The notes: a model not told the origin generated them from the letters alone. Numbered from the stretch's first letter, positions 21,274-31,310 are shown. The stretch is 64,000 nt of DNA from an uncultured Ignavibacteria bacterium (GCA_937924675.1 CALEVL010000173.1:284-64283); one strand, 5' to 3'. Translations and numbers: made by a program.

Positions 21274-22640
21274 CAGAAAAGCAAATGCGTTCTTTTACAG
21301 TGGTAGGCGCAGGCCGCAGCGGAGTTGGAATTTCAAAACTTCTGGCATCAAAGGGCAACAGTGTTCTTCTGTATGATGAAAATTCCGAAGCCGCTCTTAA
21401 GTACTTAGATAAACCGGGTCTCAAAGAAACAGGAGTTGATCTCTGCTTAGGCAGATGGGATGAAAAAGTACTAAACTGCGAAGTGTTGGTTAAGAGTCCG
21501 GGAGTTCCACCCGGCAGTGAGATAATTCTCAAAGCAAAGACACTCGGGATAAAGATTATATCAGAGATTGAAGCAGCATATTGGTATTGTCCTTGCCCTA
21601 TAATTGCAGTAACGGGCACAAATGGAAAGACAACAACAACTGTTCTTACAGGTGCAATATTCAGAAACGCAGGAATTGACGCAAAGGTATGCGGGAACGT
21701 CGGACTTGCTTTCAGTGAGATTATCGATGAGTTGAACAGAGACAGCATAGTCATCCTCGAAGTAAGCAGCTATCAATTGAATGACATTGACAGTTTCAAG
21801 CCGGCAGTTGGAGTGATCATGAACATTACTCCCGACCATCTGGAGTGGCACGGAGGCTTTGACAATTATCTCTCGGCAAAATTTAGAATTGCCGAGAATA
21901 TGGATACAGAAAGTACAATGATCGTAAACTACGATGATACGGTGTTAAAGGATTCTGCCGAAACGCTGAAAGCAACAAAGGCATACTTCGGTCTAACGGA
22001 AGATACTTACAAGAATTGCGAGCAGGGTGCATATGGTAATGATAGGAAGATGTACTACTTCAACAAATCTTTGAATATTCACGAAGAGATAATGGAAACA
22101 CACGACATCAACATAAGAGGTAAACACAACTTCTATAATTCTCTTGCGGCAGCAATCAGCGCAAGAACATTTGGAATAAAGAATGAAGTCATAAGTTCTA
22201 CGCTAAAGACTTTCCCGGGAGTAGAACACAGGATTGAATTTACAAGAGAATTCAACGGAGTAAAATTCTTCAACGACTCAAAGGCAACGAATGTTGAATC
22301 AATGGCAGTTGCATTGGAAGCATTTGACGGAAATCTGGTATTGATAATGGGAGGCAGAGAAAAAGGAAATAACTATTCAGCCGTTGATGCGCTTGTAAAG
22401 GAAAAAGTAAAGGCGATAATCGCTTTAGGAGAATCGAGAAAGAAGATCTCCGAACATTTCGGAAGCTTCATTAAAACTATTGAAGCTGAAACCATGGAAG
22501 GTGCTGTAGCGAAGGCGCTTACTGCAAGTGTTCCAGGAGACAGTATATTACTTTCTCCGGCATGCAAGAGTTTTGACATGTTTGAAAGTTTTGAACACAG
22601 GGGAGAAGTATTCAAGAAAATTGTAAACGCGCTCAAGTGA
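21270..22640 (+). CDS. murD: UDP-N-acetylmuramoylalanine--D-glutamate ligase
   Basis: N-terminal Rossmann GAGRSG, P-loop VTGTNGKTTTT. dcw position. Confidence 0.95.
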   Translation: MTEKQMRSFTVVGAGRSGVGISKLLASKGNSVLLYDENSEAALKYLDKPGLKETGVDLCLGRWDEKVLNCEVLVKSPGVPPGSEIILKAKTLGIKIISEIEAAYWYCPCPIIAVTGTNGKTTTTVLTGAIFRNAGIDAKVCGNVGLAFSEIIDELNRDSIVILEVSSYQLNDIDSFKPAVGVIMNITPDHLEWHGGFDNYLSAKFRIAENMDTESTMIVNYDDTVLKDSAETLKATKAYFGLTEDTYKNCEQGAYGNDRKMYYFNKSLNIHEEIMETHDINIRGKHNFYNSLAAAISARTFGIKNEVISSTLKTFPGVEHRIEFTREFNGVKFFNDSKATNVESMAVALEAFDGNLVLIMGGREKGNNYSAVDALVKEKVKAIIALGESRKKISEHFGSFIKTIEAETMEGAVAKALTASVPGDSILLSPACKSFDMFESFEHRGEVFKKIVNALK

Positions 22641-23752
22641 ATCACAAGTATAAAACAGACATATGGATTCTGATCTCAGTATTGATATTGATGATATTCA
22701 GTATTGGAGTGGTTTACAGTGCAAGCGCATCCTTTTCTCTTGACAAATTTCAGGATAGCAGATACCTCTTCAAACAACATTTGATAAAGGTATTTTTCTC
22801 CGTGGCAGCATTGTTTGTAATTGCAAAAATTGATTACAGGATACTCGAGAAGATTGGGAAGCCGTTAATTATAGTCTCAATACTGTTGCTGATATATACA
22901 GTATTTCTCGGTTCAAGTCCGATCAAAGGAGCGAGCAGATGGATAAGCATCGGTCCTGTAAATTTTCAACCGTCTGAAGTAGCGCGATATTCTCTCATAA
23001 TTTACCTTGCATTACTTCTTGCGAAGAAGAAGGATTACATGAATTTGCTTTACAAGGGTTACCTGCCTGTGCTGTTCTATGTAATTACAGTTACCGGGTT
23101 AGTATTGATACAGCCGAATTTGTCGGTAGCAATAATAATATTCAGCACAAGCATGCTGATGATCTTTCTTTCTCAGGCAAAACTGAAGCACATTGGATTC
23201 ACACTTGCTTCGTTGGTACCTATTGTTACAATATTCATTTTGTCAAAGGATTACATAATAGCAAGACTGACTTCGTATTCAGAATACAAAGAGAGCGGAA
23301 ACACCAGCTATCAGCTTCAGCAGGCATTGATAGGATTTGGCAACGGCGGTTTGACAGGAATCGGCCCGGGCAATTCAAATCAGAGAGAGTTTTTCTTACC
23401 TGAGGCGCACGGTGATTTCATCTATTCCATTATTGGTGAAGAGTACGGATTCATCGGGACCTTTGCAGTACTCTGCTTGTACTTCATACTGATATACAGA
23501 GGATACATGGTAGCAAAAGAAACAAGCAATGACTTTGGCAAATACCTGGCATTCGGCATTACAACATTGATAACGATTAATGCACTCGTAAACATGTCTG
23601 TTGCAAGCGGTGTAATTCCAACTACCGGTGTGACATTACCTTTTGTAAGTTACGGCGGAACTTCAATAGTATTCGGTGCAATGGCAGTTGGTGTATTGCT
23701 TAATATCTCAGCGCAACGGGAAAGTGTGAATGAATCACTTTCAATGATCTGA
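22637..23752 (+). CDS. ftsW: SEDS-family peptidoglycan glycosyltransferase FtsW
   Basis: GTG start overlapping the murD stop. About 10 TM segments. SEDS motif PEAHGDFIYSIIGEEYGFIG. Position between murD and murG. Confidence 0.92.
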   Translation: MNHKYKTDIWILISVLILMIFSIGVVYSASASFSLDKFQDSRYLFKQHLIKVFFSVAALFVIAKIDYRILEKIGKPLIIVSILLLIYTVFLGSSPIKGASRWISIGPVNFQPSEVARYSLIIYLALLLAKKKDYMNLLYKGYLPVLFYVITVTGLVLIQPNLSVAIIIFSTSMLMIFLSQAKLKHIGFTLASLVPIVTIFILSKDYIIARLTSYSEYKESGNTSYQLQQALIGFGNGGLTGIGPGNSNQREFFLPEAHGDFIYSIIGEEYGFIGTFAVLCLYFILIYRGYMVAKETSNDFGKYLAFGITTLITINALVNMSVASGVIPTTGVTLPFVSYGGTSIVFGAMAVGVLLNISAQRESVNESLSMI

Positions 23753-23755
23753 CAG

Positions 23756-24844
23756 ATGAGATATTTATTTGCCGGCGGAGGAACCGGAGGCCACATCTTC
23801 CCGGCAATTGCAATTGCAGATGAGATAAGAAAAATTGATAAGGAAGCAGAAATACTTTTCATCGGTGCAAAGGGAAGGATTGAAGAAAAGATTGTTCCTT
23901 CAAATAATTACAGACTCGAGACTATTTCGATTTCCGGAATAGACAGAGGCAGTATGTTAAAGAATCTTGGACTGCCGCTGAAGTTCATCAAAGCTCTCAA
24001 GAGGTGTAAGGAGATCATTCTTGCTTTCAGACCGGATGTTGCTGTTGGAACGGGAGGCTTTGTATGCGGACCAGTAATCTACGAGGCTAACAGATTAGGT
24101 ATTCCTACTTTGATTCAGGAAGGAAATGCCTTTGCGGGAAGGACAATTAGTTTCCTCTCAAAGAAAAGTGACAAAGTAGTAATAAATTTTCAAGATACGG
24201 TGAACTACCTCAAAAGAAGGGACAATATAATTAAGATCGCTCACCCGATAAGAAGTTCTTTGAAAAGGCTGGACAGAAGAGAAGCAAATGAATTTTTTGG
24301 TTTACCTCCTGAAAATAAGACAATACTTGTGTTTGGCGGCAGCCAGGGAGCACGGGGTATCAATGAAGCAGTCAGTGCAACTGCGAAGAAATTATATGAT
24401 GAATATATCAATCTGATCTGGCAGGCAGGTAAGAATGACACTGAAAGAATGAAGAAGGAATTTGCCGGAATGAGTGACAGGATAAAGATTCTTGAATTCA
24501 TTGACAGGATGGATCTTGCTTACTCTGCAAGTGATTTGGTTATTTGCAGGGCGGGAATTACGAGCATCATGGAGTTGTCATCCATGAAGTCTGCATCTAT
24601 TCTTATTCCTCTGCCTGGATCTGCCGAGAATCATCAGGAGATCAATGCAAGAAGTTTTGAGAGCAAGGGCGCAACAAGAGTAGTACTTCAATATGAAGCG
24701 AAGGAAGGACTATTTGACGAAATAAAGAGTGTCCTCGGAGATCAAGAGACTCTGAAAAAAATGGAACTGTCGGCAGCTGAATTTGCAGATCCGCTGGCGG
24801 CTGAAAAAATTGCTAAGGAAGTAAAATTACTTGCAGAAAAATGA
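23756..24844 (+). CDS. murG: UDP-N-acetylglucosamine--N-acetylmuramyl-(pentapeptide) pyrophosphoryl-undecaprenol GlcNAc transferase
   Basis: GGTGGHIFPAIAIA and FGGSQGA motifs. dcw position. Confidence 0.95.
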   Translation: MRYLFAGGGTGGHIFPAIAIADEIRKIDKEAEILFIGAKGRIEEKIVPSNNYRLETISISGIDRGSMLKNLGLPLKFIKALKRCKEIILAFRPDVAVGTGGFVCGPVIYEANRLGIPTLIQEGNAFAGRTISFLSKKSDKVVINFQDTVNYLKRRDNIIKIAHPIRSSLKRLDRREANEFFGLPPENKTILVFGGSQGARGINEAVSATAKKLYDEYINLIWQAGKNDTERMKKEFAGMSDRIKILEFIDRMDLAYSASDLVICRAGITSIMELSSMKSASILIPLPGSAENHQEINARSFESKGATRVVLQYEAKEGLFDEIKSVLGDQETLKKMELSAAEFADPLAAEKIAKEVKLLAEK

Positions 24845-25332
24845 ATGAGAGAGTTTACAAATACAAGCTGGACTTTTACTACAGATCGCTTGTAATATAT
24901 CTTCTGACACTTGTGATTTACATCCTTGTTAAGGGTAAATTCTTCCAGGAGAAATTTGAAGTTGTTTTCAAAGATCCGATAATTTATGTGATCACAATTT
25001 TCATTTTATACTTTATGATAGTTGTGATTGCAAACACGGTAACTGCAAAGGAGCTGATATTTGATGATAAAGACATAACAATTCGCAGCAGGTTTGGGCA
25101 GAGAAAGGTCAGCATAAATGAAATTACGGCGGTAAGATTTTCAAGACCAAAAAGGCAGTCAAAAGATGACCAAAGCAAAGTAAGAATAGTCAAGTTAAAG
25201 TTATTGAACAGAAAGAGGCAGCTTCGAATCAGGATGAATGATTTCCAGAACGAAAAAAATCTCGAGACTGAATTCAGAAACATTTCACGAAACTTAACTT
25301 CGAAACAATGGAAGCAGACCGAAAAAAACTAG
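24841..25332 (+). CDS. Hypothetical membrane protein embedded in the dcw operon (2 TM helices plus a basic soluble domain)
   Basis: 163 aa. ATGA overlap with the murG stop, and its 3' end overlaps the murC ORF by 25 nt. Two hydrophobic helices (LVIYLLTLVIYILV and IIYVITIFILYFMIVVIA) precede a Lys/Arg-rich domain of about 90 aa. No family recognised with confidence. Confidence 0.6.
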   Translation: MNERVYKYKLDFYYRSLVIYLLTLVIYILVKGKFFQEKFEVVFKDPIIYVITIFILYFMIVVIANTVTAKELIFDDKDITIRSRFGQRKVSINEITAVRFSRPKRQSKDDQSKVRIVKLKLLNRKRQLRIRMNDFQNEKNLETEFRNISRNLTSKQWKQTEKN

Positions 25333-26705
25333 AAGGGTATCGCAGGGTTCATTTGATTGGTATAGGCGGAATCGGTATGAGCGGCATTGCCGAATATCTT
25401 GCGGGAAAAGGAGTTAGCGTTTCAGGAAGTGATATTAGAGAATCAATAACTACCAGAAGGCTTGATAGACTTGGGGTGAACATTATGCCCGGTCATTCGG
25501 GAGAATACATTTCGGATGATTGTGAACTTGTAATTTATACATCAGCTCTTGACGAAGAGAATCCGGAATTGAAAAAAGCAAAGGAACTTGGAATCAAGTT
25601 GATAAAAAGGGCTGAAGCATTAGGAGATATTGTAAACAAGCAATTTTTGATCGCAGTAAGCGGTACACATGGTAAGACTACAACAACTGCTATGATTGCA
25701 AAGGTGCTGATAGACGCAGACATTGATCCGACAGTATTTGTAGGCGGTGCGCTGGATTTTTTTGAAGGCGGTTCATCCAGGATCGGAAGCGGGGATGTGG
25801 CAGTTGTTGAAGCTGATGAATACGACAGAAGTTTTCTCAAGCTGACTCCAGACATACTTGTTATCACAAATATTGACTCAGATCATCTGGATATATACAG
25901 GGACATAGGTGATATTATTGAAAATTTCAAAATGTTCATTGCCAAGAGAAAGAGTAATTCATACATAATTGCCTGTGGGGATGACAGGGACGTGCTTACA
26001 GCAATTAAGGGAATTGATAACAGCATCACATACGGATTTGGAAAGGGCAATGACAAGGTAATTTCAGATATGAGTTTTGATGGAAGCAAATCGGATTACA
26101 CAATCGAAGGAAACATTATAAGTCTAAAGGTTCCTGGCGCTCATAACATTCTAAATTCAGCCGCAAGTTATCTGGCTGCCCGCGAGCTTAAACTAAGCGT
26201 CAACACAATCAGTGAAAGCCTGCGTAACTTCCGTGGTGTGCACAGGCGGCTTGAACTCAAATATGAAAACGGAATGATGATATATGATGATTACGCGCAT
26301 CACCCTGCTGAAGTAAAGGCTTCGCTTGAAGCAATGAAGCGAATGAAGAACGGAGGAAGGATCATAACAGTGTTTCAGCCGCACCTGTTTACAAGAACAA
26401 GAGATTTCTATAAGGAATTTGCAGAAGCATTTAAGGAAACCGATCTACTGTTTCTGGCAAAGATTTATCCGGCAAGGGAAAAGGAAATTGAGGGAGTTAC
26501 GAGCCGATTGATCTTGAATGAATATTTCAAAATGGGAAAGAACGGAATCTACATTGAGACAAGCGATGAATTGCTGGATACGCTGGAGAGCATGACGAAA
26601 GACGGTGATGTAGTTGTGTTTCAGGGAGCCGGTGATATTACAGGAGTTTGTGAGAAATTTGTTAAGAGAATTAATGACAAAAGAGCAGGCTCGGTTCCAC
26701 TATGA
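25308..26705 (+). CDS. murC: UDP-N-acetylmuramate--L-alanine ligase
   Basis: HLIGIGGIGMSGIAEYL and SGTHGKTTTT motifs. Confidence 0.95.
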   Translation: MEADRKKLEGYRRVHLIGIGGIGMSGIAEYLAGKGVSVSGSDIRESITTRRLDRLGVNIMPGHSGEYISDDCELVIYTSALDEENPELKKAKELGIKLIKRAEALGDIVNKQFLIAVSGTHGKTTTTAMIAKVLIDADIDPTVFVGGALDFFEGGSSRIGSGDVAVVEADEYDRSFLKLTPDILVITNIDSDHLDIYRDIGDIIENFKMFIAKRKSNSYIIACGDDRDVLTAIKGIDNSITYGFGKGNDKVISDMSFDGSKSDYTIEGNIISLKVPGAHNILNSAASYLAARELKLSVNTISESLRNFRGVHRRLELKYENGMMIYDDYAHHPAEVKASLEAMKRMKNGGRIITVFQPHLFTRTRDFYKEFAEAFKETDLLFLAKIYPAREKEIEGVTSRLILNEYFKMGKNGIYIETSDELLDTLESMTKDGDVVVFQGAGDITGVCEKFVKRINDKRAGSVPL

Positions 26706-27472
26706 GAAAAAAAATAATCATATTGACTTTGCTTGGAATCGTGGCAGCTGCAGGAGTTTACTATTCCGTCGGTTGGCGAAGCGGCTATGTGATCTCGCGG
26801 ATAGAAGTTGAGGGCAATCATTCACTAAGCAGGGAAGAGATTCTTTCAGCAGCAAGGGTCAAGGATTCTGCGATCATAGAAAAGGATGCAGAGATTGAAC
26901 TTATTCAGGATCGCCTGATGAATCATCCGGAAATCAAGAAGGCATTTGTGAGCAAGACGCCTCCATCCGAACTAAGAATTGAAATTATTGAGAAAAGGCC
27001 GGTAGCTATTCTTAATTCCGGCAGTGAACTTCTTCTCTTAGATGACGAGCTTGAGACATTTCCGTTCAGGCAGACAGTGAAAGCATATGATATACCTTTG
27101 ATAAGCGGAGTGAGAATTGAAAATACTCACAATCCAAAGAACAGGTTCAACAAAGAAGATCTCAGGTATGCTCTGTTCCTGATATTGAATGCATACAAGG
27201 ACAGCAAGATCTTATACAGCAACATTTCGGAGATCAATCTTTCGGATACCGGAAAGTCTATCGTGTATCTGAGTGAAGATTCAAGTCCGTTCTATCTTCC
27301 AAGAGATATTCAAAAGAGTCTGTCTGATGAGGATTACAGAAATCAATTGCTTGACAAACTTAAGATCTTTGAAAGTTATCTCAAACAATCTATTGACAGT
27401 CATCTGAAAGCTGATGTGAAATATGTAGATCTAAGGTATTCGAATCATGTAATAGTAAATTCAAATCACTGA
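26702..27472 (+). CDS. ftsQ: Cell division protein FtsQ
   Basis: N-terminal TM helix then a POTRA-like region (ISRIEVEGNHSLSREEIL). Position murC-ftsQ-ftsA. ATGA overlap with murC. Confidence 0.85.
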   Translation: MRKKIIILTLLGIVAAAGVYYSVGWRSGYVISRIEVEGNHSLSREEILSAARVKDSAIIEKDAEIELIQDRLMNHPEIKKAFVSKTPPSELRIEIIEKRPVAILNSGSELLLLDDELETFPFRQTVKAYDIPLISGVRIENTHNPKNRFNKEDLRYALFLILNAYKDSKILYSNISEINLSDTGKSIVYLSEDSSPFYLPRDIQKSLSDEDYRNQLLDKLKIFESYLKQSIDSHLKADVKYVDLRYSNHVIVNSNH

Positions 27473-27475
27473 AAA

Positions 27476-28759
27476 ATGGCAGTTAAGAAGAAAAGGGGAT
27501 TGACACAGAACAATGAAGTAATCGTGGGACTCGATGTAGGTACTACCAAGATCTGTGTAATTGTGGCGAGGATTTCGGACAACGATACCATTGACGTACT
27601 TGGAATAGGCAGGGCTCCTTCACACGGACTTCACAGGGGCATTGTCGTTAATCCTAACAAGACAACTGAATCAATTAAAATTGCTCTTGAAGAAGCCGAA
27701 TTGAATTCAGGAGTTAGCATATCATCAGTACTTGTTGGAATTGCCGGGCACTATATAAGATGCATACAGACAAGCAGCATAATCGGAATAAATAATTCTG
27801 ACAGGATAATACAGGAAGAAGATGTTGCCAGATTGCTTGAACAGGCAAAGATACTGAAGCTCCCGAGTGATACAACAATCATAGACGTTATCCCGCAGGA
27901 ATTTGTAATAGACGGGAAGGACGGGATCTACGATTCTCCGGTAGGAATGTTTGGTACAAAGCTTGAAGCAAAAGTAAACATGATAACAGGGCTTGTCTCC
28001 TCGATCGATGATCTTTCAAAGTGCGTAACAAGTTGCGGAGTTGATCTTGATGACATAGTGCTTGAACCAATTGCATCATCTCATGCGGTGCTTGATGAGA
28101 CAGAAAAGAAAGTCGGAGTTGCAATGATTGATATAGGCGGCGGAACCTCTGACATTGCAGTTTTCAAGAAAGGTGTTTTGAAATATACGGCCGGAATTGG
28201 CATTGCAGGAAATCTTGTAACCAATGACATAGTAGAAGCTCTTGGAATTACAGAAGAAGAAGCGGAGAGGATTAAGATTGAATACGGATACTCGTCTGTG
28301 TCAGAAATTATAAACGATGAACTAATAACTGTTCAATCGATAAGGGCAAACACGCCGAAGAAAACCAGCAAAAGCATTCTTGCAAGGATCATACAGGCAC
28401 GCATGCAGGATATTTTCGAACTCTCTGCAATTGAGATACAGAATTCTCAGATAGCAAGAGAACTTCATGCAGGAGTTGTGCTTACAGGCGGCGGATCGCT
28501 TATAAGAGGTACAAAGGAGTTAGCCGGAGATATACTTGGAATGGAAGTGAATCTCGGAACACCATCAGGGCTAGCCGGAGGAATGTCAAAGGAAGTTGAG
28601 AACCCGATTTATGCAACAGGTGTCGGCCTGGTGCTTCACAGATTAAAGACAATGGATGATGTGAACAAGTTAAAGGAAATTAAGAAAAGAAGAAAAAGGA
28701 ATTCGTTAAGTGTCAAGGGAATTTTTGACAAGATAAAAGAATGGTTTGATGAACTGTAA
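27476..28759 (+). CDS. ftsA: Cell division protein FtsA
   Basis: Actin-fold motifs VGLDVGTTKICV and IDIGGGTSDIAVF. C-terminal amphipathic helix GIFDKIKEWFDEL. Confidence 0.96.
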   Translation: MAVKKKRGLTQNNEVIVGLDVGTTKICVIVARISDNDTIDVLGIGRAPSHGLHRGIVVNPNKTTESIKIALEEAELNSGVSISSVLVGIAGHYIRCIQTSSIIGINNSDRIIQEEDVARLLEQAKILKLPSDTTIIDVIPQEFVIDGKDGIYDSPVGMFGTKLEAKVNMITGLVSSIDDLSKCVTSCGVDLDDIVLEPIASSHAVLDETEKKVGVAMIDIGGGTSDIAVFKKGVLKYTAGIGIAGNLVTNDIVEALGITEEEAERIKIEYGYSSVSEIINDELITVQSIRANTPKKTSKSILARIIQARMQDIFELSAIEIQNSQIARELHAGVVLTGGGSLIRGTKELAGDILGMEVNLGTPSGLAGGMSKEVENPIYATGVGLVLHRLKTMDDVNKLKEIKKRRKRNSLSVKGIFDKIKEWFDEL

Positions 28760-28819
28760 GTTTACAAGAATAAAAAAATCAAAATTATTATTTTACAATC
28801 TAATACGAAAGGAACTCAA

Positions 28820-30067
28820 ATGCCAATCAGACTAGCCGAGAAAAAACACAACGGCGCTAGGATCAAGGTTATAGGAATAGGAGGGGGCGGTGGAAACATC
28901 CTGAACTCCATGGTTGACAAGGGGATAAAGGGAGTGGAGTTTATTGCTGTCAATACGGACATACAGGCTTTGGAAAACAATAAAGCCGAAGTGAAGCTTC
29001 AGATAGGAAAAGGTTTGACTAAGGGACTTGGAACAGGAATGGATGATGAGATTGCAGCAAAAGCTGTTGATGAAAACAGAACAGAGATTGAGCAGCTGCT
29101 TGAAGGAAGTGATATGGTATTTGTTACTGCCGGAATGGGAGGCGGAACAGGGACCGGCGGAGCCCCGGTGATCGCACGCATAGCCAAGAATGTCGGTGCG
29201 CTGGTAGTAGCAATTATTACCAAGCCGTTCAAATTTGAAGGCAAGCAGAGAACAGAACTTGCGGAAAAGGGAATCGAGAAACTCAGATCCGAAGTTGACA
29301 GTCTTATCATTGTTCCAAATGAAAACATCCTAAAATACGGAATCGATCTCACTAAGAAGAAAGCGTTCGAGCTTGCGGACAAAGTACTGCACAATGCAAC
29401 AAACGGAATCTCTAAGATCATAACTGAACACGGGGAGATCAATGTTGACTTTGCAGATGTTAAAACAATAATGAAAGATATGGGTGAAGCAATGATCGGA
29501 ACAGGTATTGCAACGGGAGAATCAAGAGCGGAGAAATGCGCCAGGCAAGCACTTGTGAATCCTGTGCTTGATGAAGTCTGCATCAAAGGTTCCAAAAGTG
29601 TTCTTACAAACATTGTGCATGACGGCAATATAATGATGAGCGAGATAGATACAATTAATACTATCATCCGTGAGGAAGTTGGAGAAGATGCAAAGTATAT
29701 TTTCGGATTGGTGGAAGATGCAAGTATGGGTGAAGATATCATGGTTACAGTAATTGCAACAGGCTTCTCAAAGAAAGCCGCGGAGCAATTCAGTGAATTT
29801 GAATTAGAAGATGATTTTGAAAGTACCAGACCTCAGAGAAATCCATTCCAGAATCAGAGAGGCAGGATCACGGAGATTCCAACTGTAGATAGGCTTGGAA
29901 CTCTCGATAAGCCCAGTTACATAAGAAGAGAGGTAAAGCTTTCAGATGATCTCAGCGAAACGAAAAAGAAAATTGTTCATCAAACAGAAGATGATCTTCG
30001 AGTGGAAGATTTTGCAATTGACGATGAATATTCAAAGCCGGCTTTTCTGAGGAAGCAGGCTGACTGA
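28820..30067 (+). CDS. ftsZ: Cell division GTPase FtsZ
   Basis: Tubulin signature GGGTGTGGAP, NTD motif, and C-terminal peptide KPAFLRKQAD. Confidence 0.98.
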   Translation: MPIRLAEKKHNGARIKVIGIGGGGGNILNSMVDKGIKGVEFIAVNTDIQALENNKAEVKLQIGKGLTKGLGTGMDDEIAAKAVDENRTEIEQLLEGSDMVFVTAGMGGGTGTGGAPVIARIAKNVGALVVAIITKPFKFEGKQRTELAEKGIEKLRSEVDSLIIVPNENILKYGIDLTKKKAFELADKVLHNATNGISKIITEHGEINVDFADVKTIMKDMGEAMIGTGIATGESRAEKCARQALVNPVLDEVCIKGSKSVLTNIVHDGNIMMSEIDTINTIIREEVGEDAKYIFGLVEDASMGEDIMVTVIATGFSKKAAEQFSEFELEDDFESTRPQRNPFQNQRGRITEIPTVDRLGTLDKPSYIRREVKLSDDLSETKKKIVHQTEDDLRVEDFAIDDEYSKPAFLRKQAD

Positions 30068-30070
30068 GGA

Positions 30071-30141
30071 GTTGAAAGTTGAAAGTTGCGGCGAAGCCAT
30101 CCCTCCGGGAAAAGTTGAAAGTGTGAAGTGACAAGTTAAAT
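30071..30141 (+). repeat. Two short tandem heptamer arrays (GTTGAAA-like) flanking a GC-rich core, 3 nt after the ftsZ stop
   Basis: GTTGAAA GTTGAAA GTTGCGG at 30071-30091. Core CGAAGCCATCCCTCCGGGAAA. Then GTTGAAA GTGTGAA GTGACAA GTTAAAT at 30114-30141. Confidence 0.6.
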
Positions 30142-30168
30142 AAGACAGGCATTTAGATTGTGTTTGTT

Positions 30169-30200
30169 ATCCCCGCTTCTTTTTGGCGGGGATTTCTATT
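30169..30200 (+). terminator. Rho-independent terminator ending the dcw operon
   Basis: 8-bp stem ATCCCCGC (30169-30176) / GCGGGGAT (30186-30193), followed by TTCTATTT. Confidence 0.8.
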
Positions 30201-30423
30201 TGATTAAGAGTTTAGAATTTAAAAATACACACAGAGATAGATTTACTCATACATGCAGGAAAATTATTCAATGAGAATAATTTTTTCCCTTCCTAATCGA
30301 ATTTACATTGAGTAAATTTGTATACAACAGTTTAGAACAGACGGTCTTTGAGTTGATGATCTAATTCAGATTTTAGTAAGCAACTCCCGGACATTCAATC
30401 AAAACCAACTGTACCTATTTTTA

Positions 30424-30774
30424 ATGGGAGCCGAAAGTCTAATATTATTCTTCATATTCGGAATACTTCTCGTTGGAGGCGGAATAGTTGTTTCTTATCT
30501 AATAGCCCCGAGTTCCAAAAATGCCATTAAGGATGAAGCTTATGAATGCGGTATTCCGACCAAAGGCGAATCCTGGGTTCAATTCAGGGTAGGTTACTAT
30601 CTATTCGCAATTCTCTTTTTGATATTTGAAGTCGAAACAATTTTCATGATCCCTTGGGCTGTTGTAATGAAGGATCTGGGAATGGTTGCATTTGTTGAAA
30701 TTATAATATTCCTGGCAATTGTATTGCTTGGACTTTTGTATGCATGGAACAGAGGAGCTTTGAAATGGGATTAG
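30424..30774 (+). CDS. nuoA: NADH-quinone oxidoreductase subunit A
   Basis: 116 aa with three TM segments and the YECG motif (EAYECGIP). First gene of the nuo operon. Confidence 0.93.
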   Translation: MGAESLILFFIFGILLVGGGIVVSYLIAPSSKNAIKDEAYECGIPTKGESWVQFRVGYYLFAILFLIFEVETIFMIPWAVVMKDLGMVAFVEIIIFLAIVLLGLLYAWNRGALKWD

Positions 30775-31310
30775 AAAATAACAATACCGTTCCAAAAGAT
30801 TTTCCTGGAAAAGTTGTACCAACACCGGGAGGCAACATTGTAGTGACAACAATTGACGGAATAATCAACTGGTCACGAGCAAACTCATTGTGGCCGCTTG
30901 TTTTCGGTACAAGTTGTTGCGCAATTGAAATGATGGCCACGGGCGCATCGAAACATGACTGGGCAAGATTTGGAGCGGAGGTGGCTAGAGCAACTCCGAG
31001 ACAGGCAGATCTGATAGTAATTGCCGGCACTATTGTAAACAAGATGGCGCCGGTTCTGAAACGACTTTATGACCAAATGGCTGATCCGAAATATGTAATA
31101 GCAATGGGGGCTTGTGCAGTTTCAGGCGGGCCATTCTACTATAATTCGTATTCAGTTGTAAAGGGAGCAGATCATGTGATACCTGTTGATGTTTATGTGC
31201 CGGGCTGTCCGCCCAGACCTGAAGCATTGCTATATGGAATTTTGCAGTTGCAAGATAAGATCCGAACTGAATCAATAACAGTTCCAAAAGACACGTTAAA
31301 AGACTACTAG
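30765..31310 (+). CDS. nuoB: NADH-quinone oxidoreductase subunit B
   Basis: N2-cluster Cys motifs [17 protein letters not shown] and GCPPRPE. The ORF opens at 30744, but the ATG at 30765 (MGLENN...) gives a 10-nt overlap with nuoA and is preferred. Either start is possible. Confidence 0.93.
   Translation: MGLENNNTVPKDFPGKVVPTPGGNIVVTTIDGIINWSRANSLWPLVFGTSCCAIEMMATGASKHDWARFGAEVARATPRQADLIVIAGTIVNKMAPVLKRLYDQMADPKYVIAMGACAVSGGPFYYNSYSVVKGADHVIPVDVYVPGCPPRPEALLYGILQLQDKIRTESITVPKDTLKDY

Noticed and set aside
28999-29742. A 247-aa ORF antisense to ftsZ. Similar long antisense ORFs lie within conserved genes, for example 5589-6164 in rpoB, 18628-19209 across murE/murF, 21245-21754 in murD, 595-1098 across nusG/rplK, 36034-36495 in nuoL, 45709-46116 and 46946-47374 in korA, and 60774-61229 in metH.
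   Set aside because: All lie fully inside genes whose sense-strand products carry unmistakable conserved motifs. Their translations are low-complexity and Ser/Leu/Ile/Phe-rich, with no motifs and no SD-like sequences. This is the expected stop-poor antisense frame of A-rich coding DNA.
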